The notes under the pieces: model-generated | Told to the model about the DNA's origin: nothing | Database searches by the model: none | Seen by the model: only the letters and a program-made list of their open reading frames with translations | Position numbers and translations under genes: made by a program | Origin: Planctomycetota bacterium | Lineage (GTDB): Bacteria; Planctomycetota; Phycisphaerae; Phycisphaerales; Phycisphaeraceae | Direction: 5' to 3' | DNA length: 64,000 nucleotides | Assembly: GCA_039025855.1 (NCBI GenBank) | Contig: JBCCNL010000001.1 | Span: 106,988 to 170,987 of the forward strand | Shown: piece after piece, positions 54,920 through 64,000 of the stretch | Numbering within the stretch: the stretch's first letter is position 1 | How the letters are laid out: every line of letters starts with the position of its first letter

Positions 54920-57418
54920 TCACAGCGCGTTGTCGATCTCGGTCTCGACCTTCTCTTGCTCCGTCGCCTCGTCCAGCGACGCGATCCACGGCAACGGCTC
55001 GCACGCCGCCGCCCGCAGACTCAGCGTCGCGTCACGCATCCCCTCCGCACGCGCCCGCAGCACGACCTCGCCCGGCTCACGCGTCGCCTGCACCAACACC
55101 TGCGCCAGCCCGTTGAACAACCGCCGGTGGTCCGCCTTGTCCGGCTCATGGCTCGCCGGGTCGCCATTACCCACGCCCAACAACACCGCCGGCCCCGTGA
55201 CCTCGAAGTGGATCATGTCGTCCGCGACCGGCACCGGGTTGCCGTCCGCGTCCTCCGCCGACACCGTCACGACCGCCACGTCTCGGCCGTCTGCATCGAT
55301 GTGCGTTCGCTCACAACTCAGCGTCACTGCCGCAGGCGCACCCGCTGTCACATGCCGCTGCCGCAACACCTCTTTGCCGTCCGCGCTGTACCCCACCGCC
55401 TCGATCACCCCCGGCTCGAACGGCACCGCCCACTCCACATGCCGATACGTCGGCATCGCCTGACGCCCCAGCGATCTCCCGTTCAACGACAACTCCACCT
55501 CGGCACAGGCCGCATAGCACCACACATCGATCACCTCGCCATCGTGCCCGCTCCACGACCAGTGCGGGAACAGGTGCATGCCCGGCTCCTCGTTCCAGTG
55601 CACACGGTAGTAGTGATACGCGTCCTTCCCAAACCCGCACAGGTCCGTCAACCCGTAACACGTCACCACGTTCGGCCAATCCGCCGGATAGATCTCACCC
55701 CGGTAGTCCATCCCCGTCCACAAGAACGTCCCGCACATAAACGGCCGCTCCAAACAATCAATCCAAGTCTGCTCGACCGAGTAGCCCCACGGCGTACACG
55801 TCTCCCCATACGCACTCACAAACGTCTCACGCTTCGGCTCACGCATCCACGGCTTCAGATGCGTCTCGCCCGGGCTCAACGGCGCCGAGTCCTGATGCGG
55901 CAGATACAAGCCACGCGTCGACGCACTCCCCCCCGTCTCGCTCCCGAGCATCGGCCAGTCCGGGAACCGCTCGTGGAAGGCGTCGTACATCCGCCCGTCC
56001 ACCTCGTAGCCCTTGTAACAAACATAATTCCCGCCGAACACATCGAAGCGGAAGCCCTGCTCGTCATGGAACACGCTGACCCGGTCCCACCCCGCGTTCA
56101 TCGCGTACGTCACCTTCCGCGTCGGGTCGAGCTGGTGACAGCGGTGCTGCATCCGACGGAACACCCGGATGCCCACCGCGAACGGCTGCAGCTTCGCCTC
56201 CTCGTTCCCCACCGACCAAAGAAACACACACGCATGATTCCGGTCCCGAAGGATCAGGTCTTCCAACTGCCCCAGCGCCTCTTCCGACGTCCCCGGCATC
56301 CGCACCTCGTCCATCACCAGCACGCCCAGCTCGTCACACAACTCCAGCAGCTGCGGCGACGGCGGGTTGTGGCTCGTCCGGATCGCGTTGACCCCCATCG
56401 CCTTCATCACGTCCACGCGGTAACGCTCCACCGCCTCGGGGATCGCGACCCCCACCCCCGCGTGGTCCTGATGCTGGCACACACCCTTGAGCTTCACCGA
56501 TTCGCCGTTGAGATAGAACCCCGTGTCCGCATCGAAACGGAAGCTCCGCACGCCAAACGGCGTCTCCGTCTGATCGACCACCTCGCCGGCCCGGAGCACC
56601 GTCGTCCGCAGCGTGTACCGGTGCGGGTCATCGCACGACCACAGCCGCGGCTTGTCAAGCCGGCCCGTCAGCGTGCTCACCGCTTCGCCAAACGCGTCAA
56701 CCTCAAGCCCGCCTTCCAACGACAACACCACCGCGTCGCCGTTCAGCACCTCAGCCCGCACGGTGCAACGCACCGCGTCGAACGCGTCGTTCTTCACCGT
56801 CGTATCCACCACCACCCCGGCCGACGTGTGATCGTCCGAAAGCTCGGCCCGCACGAACGTGCCCCAGTGCCCGACGTGCACCGGGTCGGTCTTCACCAGC
56901 CGGACATCGCGGTAGATGCCGCCGCCCTCATAGCTCCAGAGCTCGAACAGCGTCGCGTCGGCCCGCACCGCGATCGAGTTCGCCTCGCCGTAGTTCAGCA
57001 GGTCGGTGATGTCGTAGGCGAACCCGGTGTAGCCCGAGAGATGACGACCCGCGAAGTGGCCGTTGACCCAGACCTGGCTGTCGCGGAACACGCCATCGAA
57101 CTCGAGCGACAGCCGCTTGCCCTCGTCCTCGGCCGGCACATGGAACGTCTTGCGGTACCAGCCCACACCGGTCGGCAGCGACCCATGGATGCGGTTGTGT
57201 TCCTCCCGGTAGTCGCCGGTCTCGTGGATGAAGTCGTGCGGCAGGTCGACGCGACGCCAGTCTTCATCCGGATACCCCACCATCGCAGCGCCGTTGTTCC
57301 CCGCCTTGATCCATTCGGTGACGTCGAACCGGCCGCCGTGCACCGCGTTGAAGTTCCGCTCGGCCAGGTCGCCGAAGTGGAACCGCCAGCCGTCGTTCAT
57401 CAAAAAAGTCTCACGCAT
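54920..57418 (-). CDS. Glycoside hydrolase family 2 (beta-galactosidase-like).
   Basis: Sugar-binding jelly roll and TIM barrel with 'WSVGNEE' (acid/base) and 'ETGG' (nucleophile) GH2 motifs. ATG at 57418. Confidence 0.85.
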   Translation of the reverse strand: MRETFLMNDGWRFHFGDLAERNFNAVHGGRFDVTEWIKAGNNGAAMVGYPDEDWRRVDLPHDFIHETGDYREEHNRIHGSLPTGVGWYRKTFHVPAEDEGKRLSLEFDGVFRDSQVWVNGHFAGRHLSGYTGFAYDITDLLNYGEANSIAVRADATLFELWSYEGGGIYRDVRLVKTDPVHVGHWGTFVRAELSDDHTSAGVVVDTTVKNDAFDAVRCTVRAEVLNGDAVVLSLEGGLEVDAFGEAVSTLTGRLDKPRLWSCDDPHRYTLRTTVLRAGEVVDQTETPFGVRSFRFDADTGFYLNGESVKLKGVCQHQDHAGVGVAIPEAVERYRVDVMKAMGVNAIRTSHNPPSPQLLELCDELGVLVMDEVRMPGTSEEALGQLEDLILRDRNHACVFLWSVGNEEAKLQPFAVGIRVFRRMQHRCHQLDPTRKVTYAMNAGWDRVSVFHDEQGFRFDVFGGNYVCYKGYEVDGRMYDAFHERFPDWPMLGSETGGSASTRGLYLPHQDSAPLSPGETHLKPWMREPKRETFVSAYGETCTPWGYSVEQTWIDCLERPFMCGTFLWTGMDYRGEIYPADWPNVVTCYGLTDLCGFGKDAYHYYRVHWNEEPGMHLFPHWSWSGHDGEVIDVWCYAACAEVELSLNGRSLGRQAMPTYRHVEWAVPFEPGVIEAVGYSADGKEVLRQRHVTAGAPAAVTLSCERTHIDADGRDVAVVTVSAEDADGNPVPVADDMIHFEVTGPAVLLGVGNGDPASHEPDKADHRRLFNGLAQVLVQATREPGEVVLRARAEGMRDATLSLRAAACEPLPWIASLDEATEQEKVETEIDNAL

Positions 57419-57560
57419 CGTTTCTCTCGCAGGCTCGGTCGCTCGGGCACGACATCTCGAAGACGGGCATTGTAAATTGTTGGCTTTTCGGCGGCGTCAA
57501 CCCCCACACGTCTCCCACTACCCCTTACCAACCCCCACCACCTCCCCGAGACTTGCAACC

Positions 57561-59096
57561 ATGCGGATCATCTACCTCGACCTCGACGCCCTCAACCCCG
57601 ACCACCTGTCCTGCTACGGCTACGCCCGCCAAACCTCGCCCATGATCGACCAGATCGCCGCTGAGGGCCTCCGCTGCACCAACACCTACTGCTCCGACGC
57701 CCCCTGCCTCCCCTCACGCACCGCCTTCTACCAAGGCCGGTTCGGCATCCAGACCGGCGTCGTCGGGCACGGGGGCACCGCCGCCGACCCCAAACGCGAG
57801 GGCTACCGCCGCGGCTTCCGCTCCTGCTATGAAGAACAGTCACTGGCCCGCAAGCTCCAGCTCGCCGGCTACCACACCGCGATGATCTCGCCCTTCGGCC
57901 AACGCCACGCCGCCCACCACTTCTACGCCGGCTTCAACGAGATGTACAACACCGGCGACGGCGGCATGGAGTCCGCCGAGGTCGTCACGCCGGTCATCGA
58001 CAAGTGGCTCGGCGACAACGCCGAGCGCGACGACTGGTACCTCCACATCAATTTCTGGGACATCCACACGCCCTACCGCGTCCCCGCCTCATTCGGCGAC
58101 CCGTTCGCCGACACCGAGCTGCCCCTGCAGATGTCTGACGAACAGCTCGCCGACGACGTCGCCCGCTGCGGCCCGCACTCCGCCCAGGAGCTCGTCACCT
58201 ACAGCGTCAACAACACCGACCGGTTCCCCCGCCTCCCCGAGAGCATCACCGACCGCGCCTCCCTCAAGAAGTGGTTCGACGCCTACGACACCACCATCCT
58301 CTACACCGACCAAGCGATCGCCCGCATCGTCGATCAGCTCAAAGCCGCCGGCGTCTACGACGACACCGCGATCATCATCTCGGCCGACCACGGCGAAAAC
58401 CAAGCCCACCTCGGGATCTACGGCGAGCACGGCACCGCCGATCACGGCACCTGCCACATCCCCTTCATCGTCAAGTGGCCTGGCACCCCCGCCGGCCAGG
58501 TCGACGACGGCCTCCACTACAACGTCGACTGGGCGCCCACCCTCATGGACATGATCGGCAAGCCCGAGCTCACCCCCGACCTCTGGGACGGCAAGAGCTT
58601 CGCCGAAACTCTCACCTCCGGTACCCCCGCCGGGCAGGACGAGCTCATCGTCAGCCAGTGCGCCCACATCTGCCAACGCTCGGTCCGCTTCGACGAGGGC
58701 GACCACCGCTGGATCTACATCCGCACCTACCACGACGGGTTCCAGCCGTTCCCCGACCACATGCTCTTCGACCTCGCAACCGACCCGTACGAACGCCACA
58801 ACCTCGCCGAAGCCCACCCCGACGTCGTGCTCCGCGCCGCGTTCAAGCTAACCGAGTGGCACAACAACCAGATGTACAAGATGGCCAAGTACTGCAGCGA
58901 CGTGGTCGACCCGCTGTGGACCGTGATGTCCGAGGGGGGGCCGCAGCACGCCGGGCTGATGCCGTACCGGCAGCCGGGTGAGGCCGGTTTCCAGCAGTAC
59001 CTGAAACAGCTCGAAGACAGCGGCCGCAGCGAAGGCGCCGCCGCCCTGCGGGAGCAGTACGCCGACGGGCACCTCACCCGCAACCGCCGGGCGTGA
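57561..59096 (+). CDS. Sulfatase (S1 family); no signal peptide detected.
   Basis: ATG at 57561 inside ORF 57228..59096. 'CSDAPCLPSRTAFYQG' contains CxPxR. Alkaline-phosphatase-superfamily metal ligands are present. Confidence 0.8.
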   Translation: MRIIYLDLDALNPDHLSCYGYARQTSPMIDQIAAEGLRCTNTYCSDAPCLPSRTAFYQGRFGIQTGVVGHGGTAADPKREGYRRGFRSCYEEQSLARKLQLAGYHTAMISPFGQRHAAHHFYAGFNEMYNTGDGGMESAEVVTPVIDKWLGDNAERDDWYLHINFWDIHTPYRVPASFGDPFADTELPLQMSDEQLADDVARCGPHSAQELVTYSVNNTDRFPRLPESITDRASLKKWFDAYDTTILYTDQAIARIVDQLKAAGVYDDTAIIISADHGENQAHLGIYGEHGTADHGTCHIPFIVKWPGTPAGQVDDGLHYNVDWAPTLMDMIGKPELTPDLWDGKSFAETLTSGTPAGQDELIVSQCAHICQRSVRFDEGDHRWIYIRTYHDGFQPFPDHMLFDLATDPYERHNLAEAHPDVVLRAAFKLTEWHNNQMYKMAKYCSDVVDPLWTVMSEGGPQHAGLMPYRQPGEAGFQQYLKQLEDSGRSEGAAALREQYADGHLTRNRRA

Positions 59097-59112
59097 GACC
59101 GATACGTTTCCC

Positions 59113-60585
59113 TCAGCCGTGGCTGAGATAAACCGTGCGTTTCTGCAGGTAGCCCTCGATGCCGTGCACGCCGTCCTCGCCGCCGAGGCCGCTGTGCTTG
59201 TGCCCGGTGTGGTAGCCCTGGATGTAGCCGCAGATGCCCTTGTTGACAAAGACGGTGCCGGTCTGCAGGTGCTTGGTCGCGTGCATGATCGTCTTGAAGT
59301 TCTGCGTCCACAGGTAGGCCGAGAGGCCCTCGCTGCGGGAGTTGACCATGTCGAGGGCTTCTTCGTAGCCGGAGATCTTCACGATCGGCAGCACGGGGCC
59401 GAACAGCTCCTGCTCGACCGCGGCCATGTCACGCGTGACGTTGGTCAGCACCGTCGGCTCGTACCAGTTGCCGCCGGCAAACGCGTCGCCATCCGGCCGC
59501 TTGCCGCCCAGCGCCAACTCCGCACCCTGCCCGATCGTGTCCTTCACGATGCTGTCGAACCGCTCCAGTCCAACGGCTGTCGTGTACGGCCCCATCGTCG
59601 TGCCCGCCGCCCCCGGGTCGCCCACGGTGATCTGCTTCGTCCGGGCGATGAACTTCTCGGTGAACTCGTCGACGATGCCCTCGTGCACCAACGCCATCTC
59701 GTTGCAGATGCACACTTGCCCGCAGTTGGCGTAACGCGCGATCACCGCCGCCTCGACAACCTCGTCGACGTCCACATCATCGAGCACAATGAACGGGGCC
59801 TTGCCGCCCAGCTCCAGCGACATCTGCGTGATGTTCTTCGCCCCCGCCGCGTAGATCGCTCGGCCCGCGGGGATGCTCCCCGTCACCGTCACCAGCTGCG
59901 TGACCGGGCTCTCCACCAGCGTGCTCCCGACCTCGGCCACCGACCCGGTCACCATGTTGCACACGCCCGGCGGCAGCCCCGCCTCATCCACCAACCGGCA
60001 GAACTCGCTCGCCGTCACCGGCGTCACGTCGTGCGGCTTGAGGATCATCGTGTTGCCCGTCACCAGCGCCGGTCCGAGCTTGCGCCCGATCAGCGCCAAC
60101 GGGTAGTTGAACGCGCACAGCCCGATCGTCACGCCATACGGCACCTTCGTGATCCACAGCGACTCGTTGGCCATGTCCGACGGGAAGATCTGCCCCTCCA
60201 GCCGACGCGCCGCCTCGGCCGCGTAGCTCATGTACCGCATCGTGTCCGTCACCTCGCCCCGGGCCTCGGCGATCGGCTTGCCCTGCTCCTTCACCAACAG
60301 CTCGGCGAAGAACTCCTGCTCCGCCTCCAGCCGCTTGACAATCTTCATGATGTGGTCGGCCCGCTCCTGCGCCGGCAGCGCGGCCCACCCCGGCTGCGCC
60401 CGGCTCGAAGATTCGAGCGCCTGCTCCGCCTGGCTCTTGGAACAGGCCGGCACCGTGGCCCACACCTCGCCCGTCGCCGGGTTCTCGACCTCGATGTGCT
60501 GGCCGGAATCCGAATCGATCCATTGGCCATCGATGTAACAGCGGTAGGTACTCACAGCGGGCGAGATGGTGGTCGTTGTGGTCAT
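59113..60585 (-). CDS. NAD(P)-dependent aldehyde dehydrogenase.
   Basis: ATG at 60585 ([11 protein letters not shown]...). '[10 protein letters not shown]' and catalytic 'CGQVCICNE' motifs. Confidence 0.9.
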   Translation of the reverse strand: MTTTTTISPAVSTYRCYIDGQWIDSDSGQHIEVENPATGEVWATVPACSKSQAEQALESSSRAQPGWAALPAQERADHIMKIVKRLEAEQEFFAELLVKEQGKPIAEARGEVTDTMRYMSYAAEAARRLEGQIFPSDMANESLWITKVPYGVTIGLCAFNYPLALIGRKLGPALVTGNTMILKPHDVTPVTASEFCRLVDEAGLPPGVCNMVTGSVAEVGSTLVESPVTQLVTVTGSIPAGRAIYAAGAKNITQMSLELGGKAPFIVLDDVDVDEVVEAAVIARYANCGQVCICNEMALVHEGIVDEFTEKFIARTKQITVGDPGAAGTTMGPYTTAVGLERFDSIVKDTIGQGAELALGGKRPDGDAFAGGNWYEPTVLTNVTRDMAAVEQELFGPVLPIVKISGYEEALDMVNSRSEGLSAYLWTQNFKTIMHATKHLQTGTVFVNKGICGYIQGYHTGHKHSGLGGEDGVHGIEGYLQKRTVYLSHG

Positions 60586-60602
60586 AGCGAACCTTCTAGG
60601 GT

Positions 60603-61424
60603 CTAAGGGTTTTGGGGAGCGGTCGTCAGGTCGAGGGGGCGTTGGCCGGTGAACACCGGCGGTCGTTTTTCGGCAAACGCCTGCAGCCCCTCGGCGGCGT
60701 CCGCTGAATCGTAAAGCGCATCCACACACTCGGACTCGAGCGCGAGCGCATCATCGACAGAAAGGTCGGCCCCCCGATACAAACAACGCTTGATCGCCGC
60801 GATCGCCTCGGCCGGGCCGTGCACAAGAGCTTGGGCGTAATCGGTAGCCGATTGTTCCAGCTCACTCGGTGGCAGCAGCCGATCAAGCAGGCCAATGCGG
60901 TGAGCCTCAGCCGGACCGATCGACGCACCGGTGACCAACAGATCGAGCGCCCGGCTCATCCCCACCAGACGCGGCAACCGGACCGCCCCGCCGTTGCCGG
61001 GCATCAGGCCCAGACGCACCTCGGGCAGCCCGAGCTGGTACTCGCCCTTGGCCGCGAACCGCAGGTCGCAGCCCATCGCCAGTTCCAACCCACCGCCGAG
61101 CGCATGCCCGGCGATCACCGCGATGAAGACCTTGCCGGAGTCTTCTATCGCGGCCAGCACCGCCCGTGCATCCAAAACCAACGCACGGTTCGCATCGGTC
61201 GAGTTGCGGGCGAACGCCTTGACGTCCGCACCGCCGCTGAAGAACCGCGGCAGCGCACTGCGGATGAGCACTACGCGCACCGCCGGGTCGGCGTCGGCGG
61301 CCCTCACGGTTTCCAGCAACCGGGCCATGAACGCCGGGTCGTAGGCGTTGGCCTTCGGCCGATTCAGCGTGATCGTGCCGACGCCTTCCTTGGCTTCAAA
61401 ATGGACCTCCAAGCCGTCGCTCAT
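60603..61424 (-). CDS. Enoyl-CoA hydratase/isomerase (crotonase) family protein.
   Basis: '[11 protein letters not shown]' and '[23 protein letters not shown]' crotonase signatures. Confidence 0.85.
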   Translation of the reverse strand: MSDGLEVHFEAKEGVGTITLNRPKANAYDPAFMARLLETVRAADADPAVRVVLIRSALPRFFSGGADVKAFARNSTDANRALVLDARAVLAAIEDSGKVFIAVIAGHALGGGLELAMGCDLRFAAKGEYQLGLPEVRLGLMPGNGGAVRLPRLVGMSRALDLLVTGASIGPAEAHRIGLLDRLLPPSELEQSATDYAQALVHGPAEAIAAIKRCLYRGADLSVDDALALESECVDALYDSADAAEGLQAFAEKRPPVFTGQRPLDLTTAPQNP

Positions 61425-61432
61425 CTCACTCC

Positions 61433-63334
61433 TTATTCAGCGTCTGCCTGTGCGACGCCGCCGGGGGTTACGCGGTCCACGCGGAGTACGACCGCGGCGA
61501 CCTTGCCGCCGGTGTCGGGGAAGGTCATCTCGACCTCGACGGTGTCGGTGAGCAGTTCGCCGGGGACATGCACTTCGATCATGCCGAAGAACGTGGGCCG
61601 GCCTACCTGCTTACTGCCGGACCAGTCGGTCGGGACTTCCAGTTCATGGCCGGCGATCTTGACGACCGGCTGAAGCGACAGGCCGGGCACACGCCCGATC
61701 GACATCCGCAGCACGCCGTCGCCCTCGCCACCGGGCACGTCTTCAAACTTGAACGTGATCGGCTTGTCGGCCTCAATGTCCTTCAGATACTCCGTGGCGT
61801 AAACGCGCGTCTCAAGGATCGTCTGCTCTGCGGGGTATTCGTGACGCAGGTCCATCATGACCAGCGCGGTCTGGCCGGGCTCGAGCGTGAGCTCTTCGGG
61901 CACGCCGAACAGCGTCTGTTCGGACAGGATCGGGACCTCGCCGTGCGTCGTGAGCGAGCGCAGGGTGACCTTGGTGATGTCCAGGTCATTGACGCCGCTG
62001 AGCTTCACCACGCGTGCCACGTCGTCCATGTTGTGCATCACCGCGGTGTGCCGGAGCCCGTCCGCAAAATAGTGGCAACGCACATCGGGATCCGTCGCGG
62101 TCATGATGCGGCGTTCGCCGTTGACACCCTTCCACAAGCGATAAAACTTGTCGAGCTCGGTCGTCACGTAGTTGTCGCCAGCCCGCCGGAACAGCAGGAA
62201 CGAGGACGGAATGTCTTCAGTGCTGCGCATGCCACCCTGCGTGTTGTAGGTCCAACTCGCCACGCCCAGGATGTACGGGACCGTCTTGATCAGCCGGTCG
62301 GGGTGGTCTATGTACATCATCAGCATACCGTTGAAAGAGCTCAGGAGACCGCCCATCCGCCGCATCCGATCGGGGACCACGCGGTTATCCGGGGACCTGT
62401 CGATCCGGCCATACTCCGTGATGGACTGCGGCTTGGCGACGCCGAACTTGATGAAGCTGTAGGCATCGATCAGATCGATGTTGGCCACGACGTTGCTGCC
62501 CGTGCGCTCGGCGTGCGTACCCTTGACGTTGATGCCGTCGTAGAGGTGGATTGAGAAGAAGTCCATCTCGTGGCCGGCCACATCCATGAACATCTTCTGC
62601 CAGCCATTCCAGTGGGAGAAGTTGCGGGCCTCGACCTCGGCCCAAGCCGCAGAGTAGCCACCGATCATGATGTCGTCGTCGGGCAGCAGCTCGCGGATCC
62701 GGCGGGCGGTGATCACGTGTTGTTCGGCCATCGCCCGGGCAGTCGTGCCCAGGTCTCTGGCTTTGATGAAGGGCTCGTTGAAGACTTCGTAATACTGCGG
62801 CCGGGATTCGTCGGTGTAGTAGTGCTTGAGGAATTGAGCGGCGAACTCGGCGGCAGCCTCGGGCGTCTTCGGCCCGAACGGGGCGAAGTCGTTGCCTTCC
62901 AGCCCCATCATCCACTCGGGGTGGGTGCACAGCACGACTTCGCGGAGCACCTCGGGGCGGAATCGCTCCGGACGCTCCGCACGCGCAGCCTGAAACGCAG
63001 CGCCCGCTCGACGCATGTGCTCCACGTCGGGCATCCCCGGGTTATCCGGGTCGGCGGGGGTCGATCGGAGCTGACCCGACTGAATCCCGCCGTCACGCCC
63101 GAAGTAGGCTTCGAGCTCTTCTTCGATGTAGCGAAACTTCGCATCATCGGTATCGCCATCGTCGGGCGACGCGTGGATCACGATGTATTTCTCACGCTCG
63201 AACGTGCTGATCCCGCCGATCGAACGGACCGTCGCGGGGTCCATGCTCACCTCGACGTGGTCGTCGGCAAGCGCCCCCGGGACGGTCAAACCAGACGCTA
63301 GACACAGGGCCAGGGTAGATAAGCGGTTTTTCAT
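61433..63334 (-). CDS. Secreted glycoside hydrolase, clan GH-A-like (catalytic 'EVFNEP').
   Basis: Signal peptide (MKNRLSTLALCLASGLTVPGALA). A TIM-barrel acid/base NEP motif is present. Family assignment (GH50, GH86, GH39 or GH30-like) cannot be resolved by eye. Confidence 0.5.
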   Translation of the reverse strand: MKNRLSTLALCLASGLTVPGALADDHVEVSMDPATVRSIGGISTFEREKYIVIHASPDDGDTDDAKFRYIEEELEAYFGRDGGIQSGQLRSTPADPDNPGMPDVEHMRRAGAAFQAARAERPERFRPEVLREVVLCTHPEWMMGLEGNDFAPFGPKTPEAAAEFAAQFLKHYYTDESRPQYYEVFNEPFIKARDLGTTARAMAEQHVITARRIRELLPDDDIMIGGYSAAWAEVEARNFSHWNGWQKMFMDVAGHEMDFFSIHLYDGINVKGTHAERTGSNVVANIDLIDAYSFIKFGVAKPQSITEYGRIDRSPDNRVVPDRMRRMGGLLSSFNGMLMMYIDHPDRLIKTVPYILGVASWTYNTQGGMRSTEDIPSSFLLFRRAGDNYVTTELDKFYRLWKGVNGERRIMTATDPDVRCHYFADGLRHTAVMHNMDDVARVVKLSGVNDLDITKVTLRSLTTHGEVPILSEQTLFGVPEELTLEPGQTALVMMDLRHEYPAEQTILETRVYATEYLKDIEADKPITFKFEDVPGGEGDGVLRMSIGRVPGLSLQPVVKIAGHELEVPTDWSGSKQVGRPTFFGMIEVHVPGELLTDTVEVEMTFPDTGGKVAAVVLRVDRVTPGGVAQADAE

Positions 63335-63356
63335 TGGATTACTCCAGGTTTACAAA

Positions 63357-64000
63357 TCAGACAGAGACTTCGAGGACCGCGTCAGACGACGCGGGGATAC
63401 AGGACAACGCAACACACGCATCGGCCAGCCCTTCTGCTCGACAGAGCACGGTGGTTTCAATCTCACTAACACCCGCCTGCACGATCAGCAATGCCCGGCC
63501 CTGGTGTGTGACCAAGCGGTTGGACTGGAAGGGCTGCACGTTGTCCGCCGCGCCGTTGTCGACACCCAGAACCCGCAGGCCTTCGCCAACGTCGAAGACG
63601 ACCTCGTTTTCTTGAGCCTGTACCGGCCGGCCCTCGGCATCCACAACCTGTGCCGTGATATGCGCGACATCACCGGGGCCCAGTTCCAGTTCGGTTTCGT
63701 CCACCGACAACGCGATCGCTGCGGCCTTCCCCGGCGTGACCACGCGGTGCTTGGTGTCGCTGCCGTCGATCCGCACGCACAGCTCGCCGGGCTCGAACGG
63801 CACCAGCCACTTACAAACATGGTCGTCCTGCTCGGCGAGCACTCGGGAACCCAGGTCCTTGCCATTGAGCGTCAGCGTCGCCGAGGCGCCGTTGATGTAT
63901 GCCTCGACCACAACGGGCGTCCCCGCCTCGTAATCCCAGTGCGGGTAGAGATCGTGCCAGAACCACAGGCGGTGTTCGTGTGATCCGGGCTTCTTCTCTA
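63357..64000 (-). CDS. C-terminal part of a second GH2-family glycoside hydrolase; the gene continues past the window end.
   Basis: ORF 63357..63911 plus the in-frame continuation to 64000 ('HEHRLWFWHDLYPHWDYEAGTPVVVEAYINGASATLTLNGKDLG') match the typical GH2 C-terminal Ig-like region. Confidence 0.6.
   Translation of the reverse strand, partial: EKKPGSHEHRLWFWHDLYPHWDYEAGTPVVVEAYINGASATLTLNGKDLGSRVLAEQDDHVCKWLVPFEPGELCVRIDGSDTKHRVVTPGKAAAIALSVDETELELGPGDVAHITAQVVDAEGRPVQAQENEVVFDVGEGLRVLGVDNGAADNVQPFQSNRLVTHQGRALLIVQAGVSEIETTVLCRAEGLADACVALSCIPASSDAVLEVSV

Noticed and set aside
54956-57475. 839-aa plus-strand ORF.
   Set aside because: It is antisense to the GH2 gene, which carries the catalytic motifs. 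The translation is Arg/His/Pro-rich.
1-64000. Searched for CRISPR arrays, transposase or integrase genes, IS inverted repeats and rRNA or tRNA genes.
   Set aside because: I found no regularly spaced short direct repeats and no recombinase or transposase-like ORFs. There is no rRNA-like conserved sequence in any intergenic region.

Overview
This is a GC-rich (about 70 %) bacterial chromosomal segment carrying 43 supportable protein-coding genes, with no rRNA, tRNA, CRISPR array or obvious mobile element. A PEP-CTERM protein, an N-terminal 'ESLEPRVLLSA' motif on a giant secreted protein, many sulfatases and marine-glycan glycoside hydrolases point to a Planctomycetota-like organism, possibly Phycisphaerae-like. 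That taxonomic placement is an inference from the sequence alone.

The window reads as six blocks:

- **1..9702 (minus strand):** a Wzx/Wzz-type exopolysaccharide operon. It holds a Wzz fragment, two MOP flippases, a PEP-CTERM beta-helix protein, an ATP-grasp enzyme, a CapK/PaaK-like adenylating enzyme and a GT4 glycosyltransferase, mostly linked by 4-nt start/stop overlaps.
- **9915..13886 (plus):** a 1323-aa multidomain surface protein with internal ~500-bp tandem DNA repeats.
- **14198..29960 (minus, one plus-strand lipoprotein):** a xanthomonadin/flexirubin-like aryl-polyene pigment cluster. It includes a flavin-dependent halogenase, a chorismatase-like (FkbO/XanB2-type) enzyme, a fused KS-CLF ketosynthase, an ACP, a FabZ-like dehydratase, three acyltransferases, a GT2, a methyltransferase, an MMPL exporter, two LolA-like proteins and an aryl-AMP ligase.
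- **30267..41436 (plus):** a five-gene cluster of an NfeD/YqiJ-like protein, a flotillin, an 1848-aa protein with a MoxR/AAA_5-like ATPase core, a PspA/IM30-like coiled-coil protein and a classic-clade AAA ATPase. I rate this a candidate, undescribed ESCRT-III/Vps4-like membrane-remodelling supermodule and the most interesting feature of the window.
- **42716..49952 (minus):** a truncated SecA paralogue overlapping by 1 nt a site-2-protease::HlyD fusion, preceded by a GAF-HlyD and a short HlyD adaptor. This looks like a non-canonical dedicated export module.
- **50377..64000:** a sulfatase and glycoside-hydrolase locus (GH16, GH29, two GH2, a clan GH-A enzyme, two sulfatases, an aldehyde dehydrogenase and a crotonase) typical of sulfated algal-glycan degradation.

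The high GC content produces many long spurious ORFs on the opposite strands; these are listed under rejected items.
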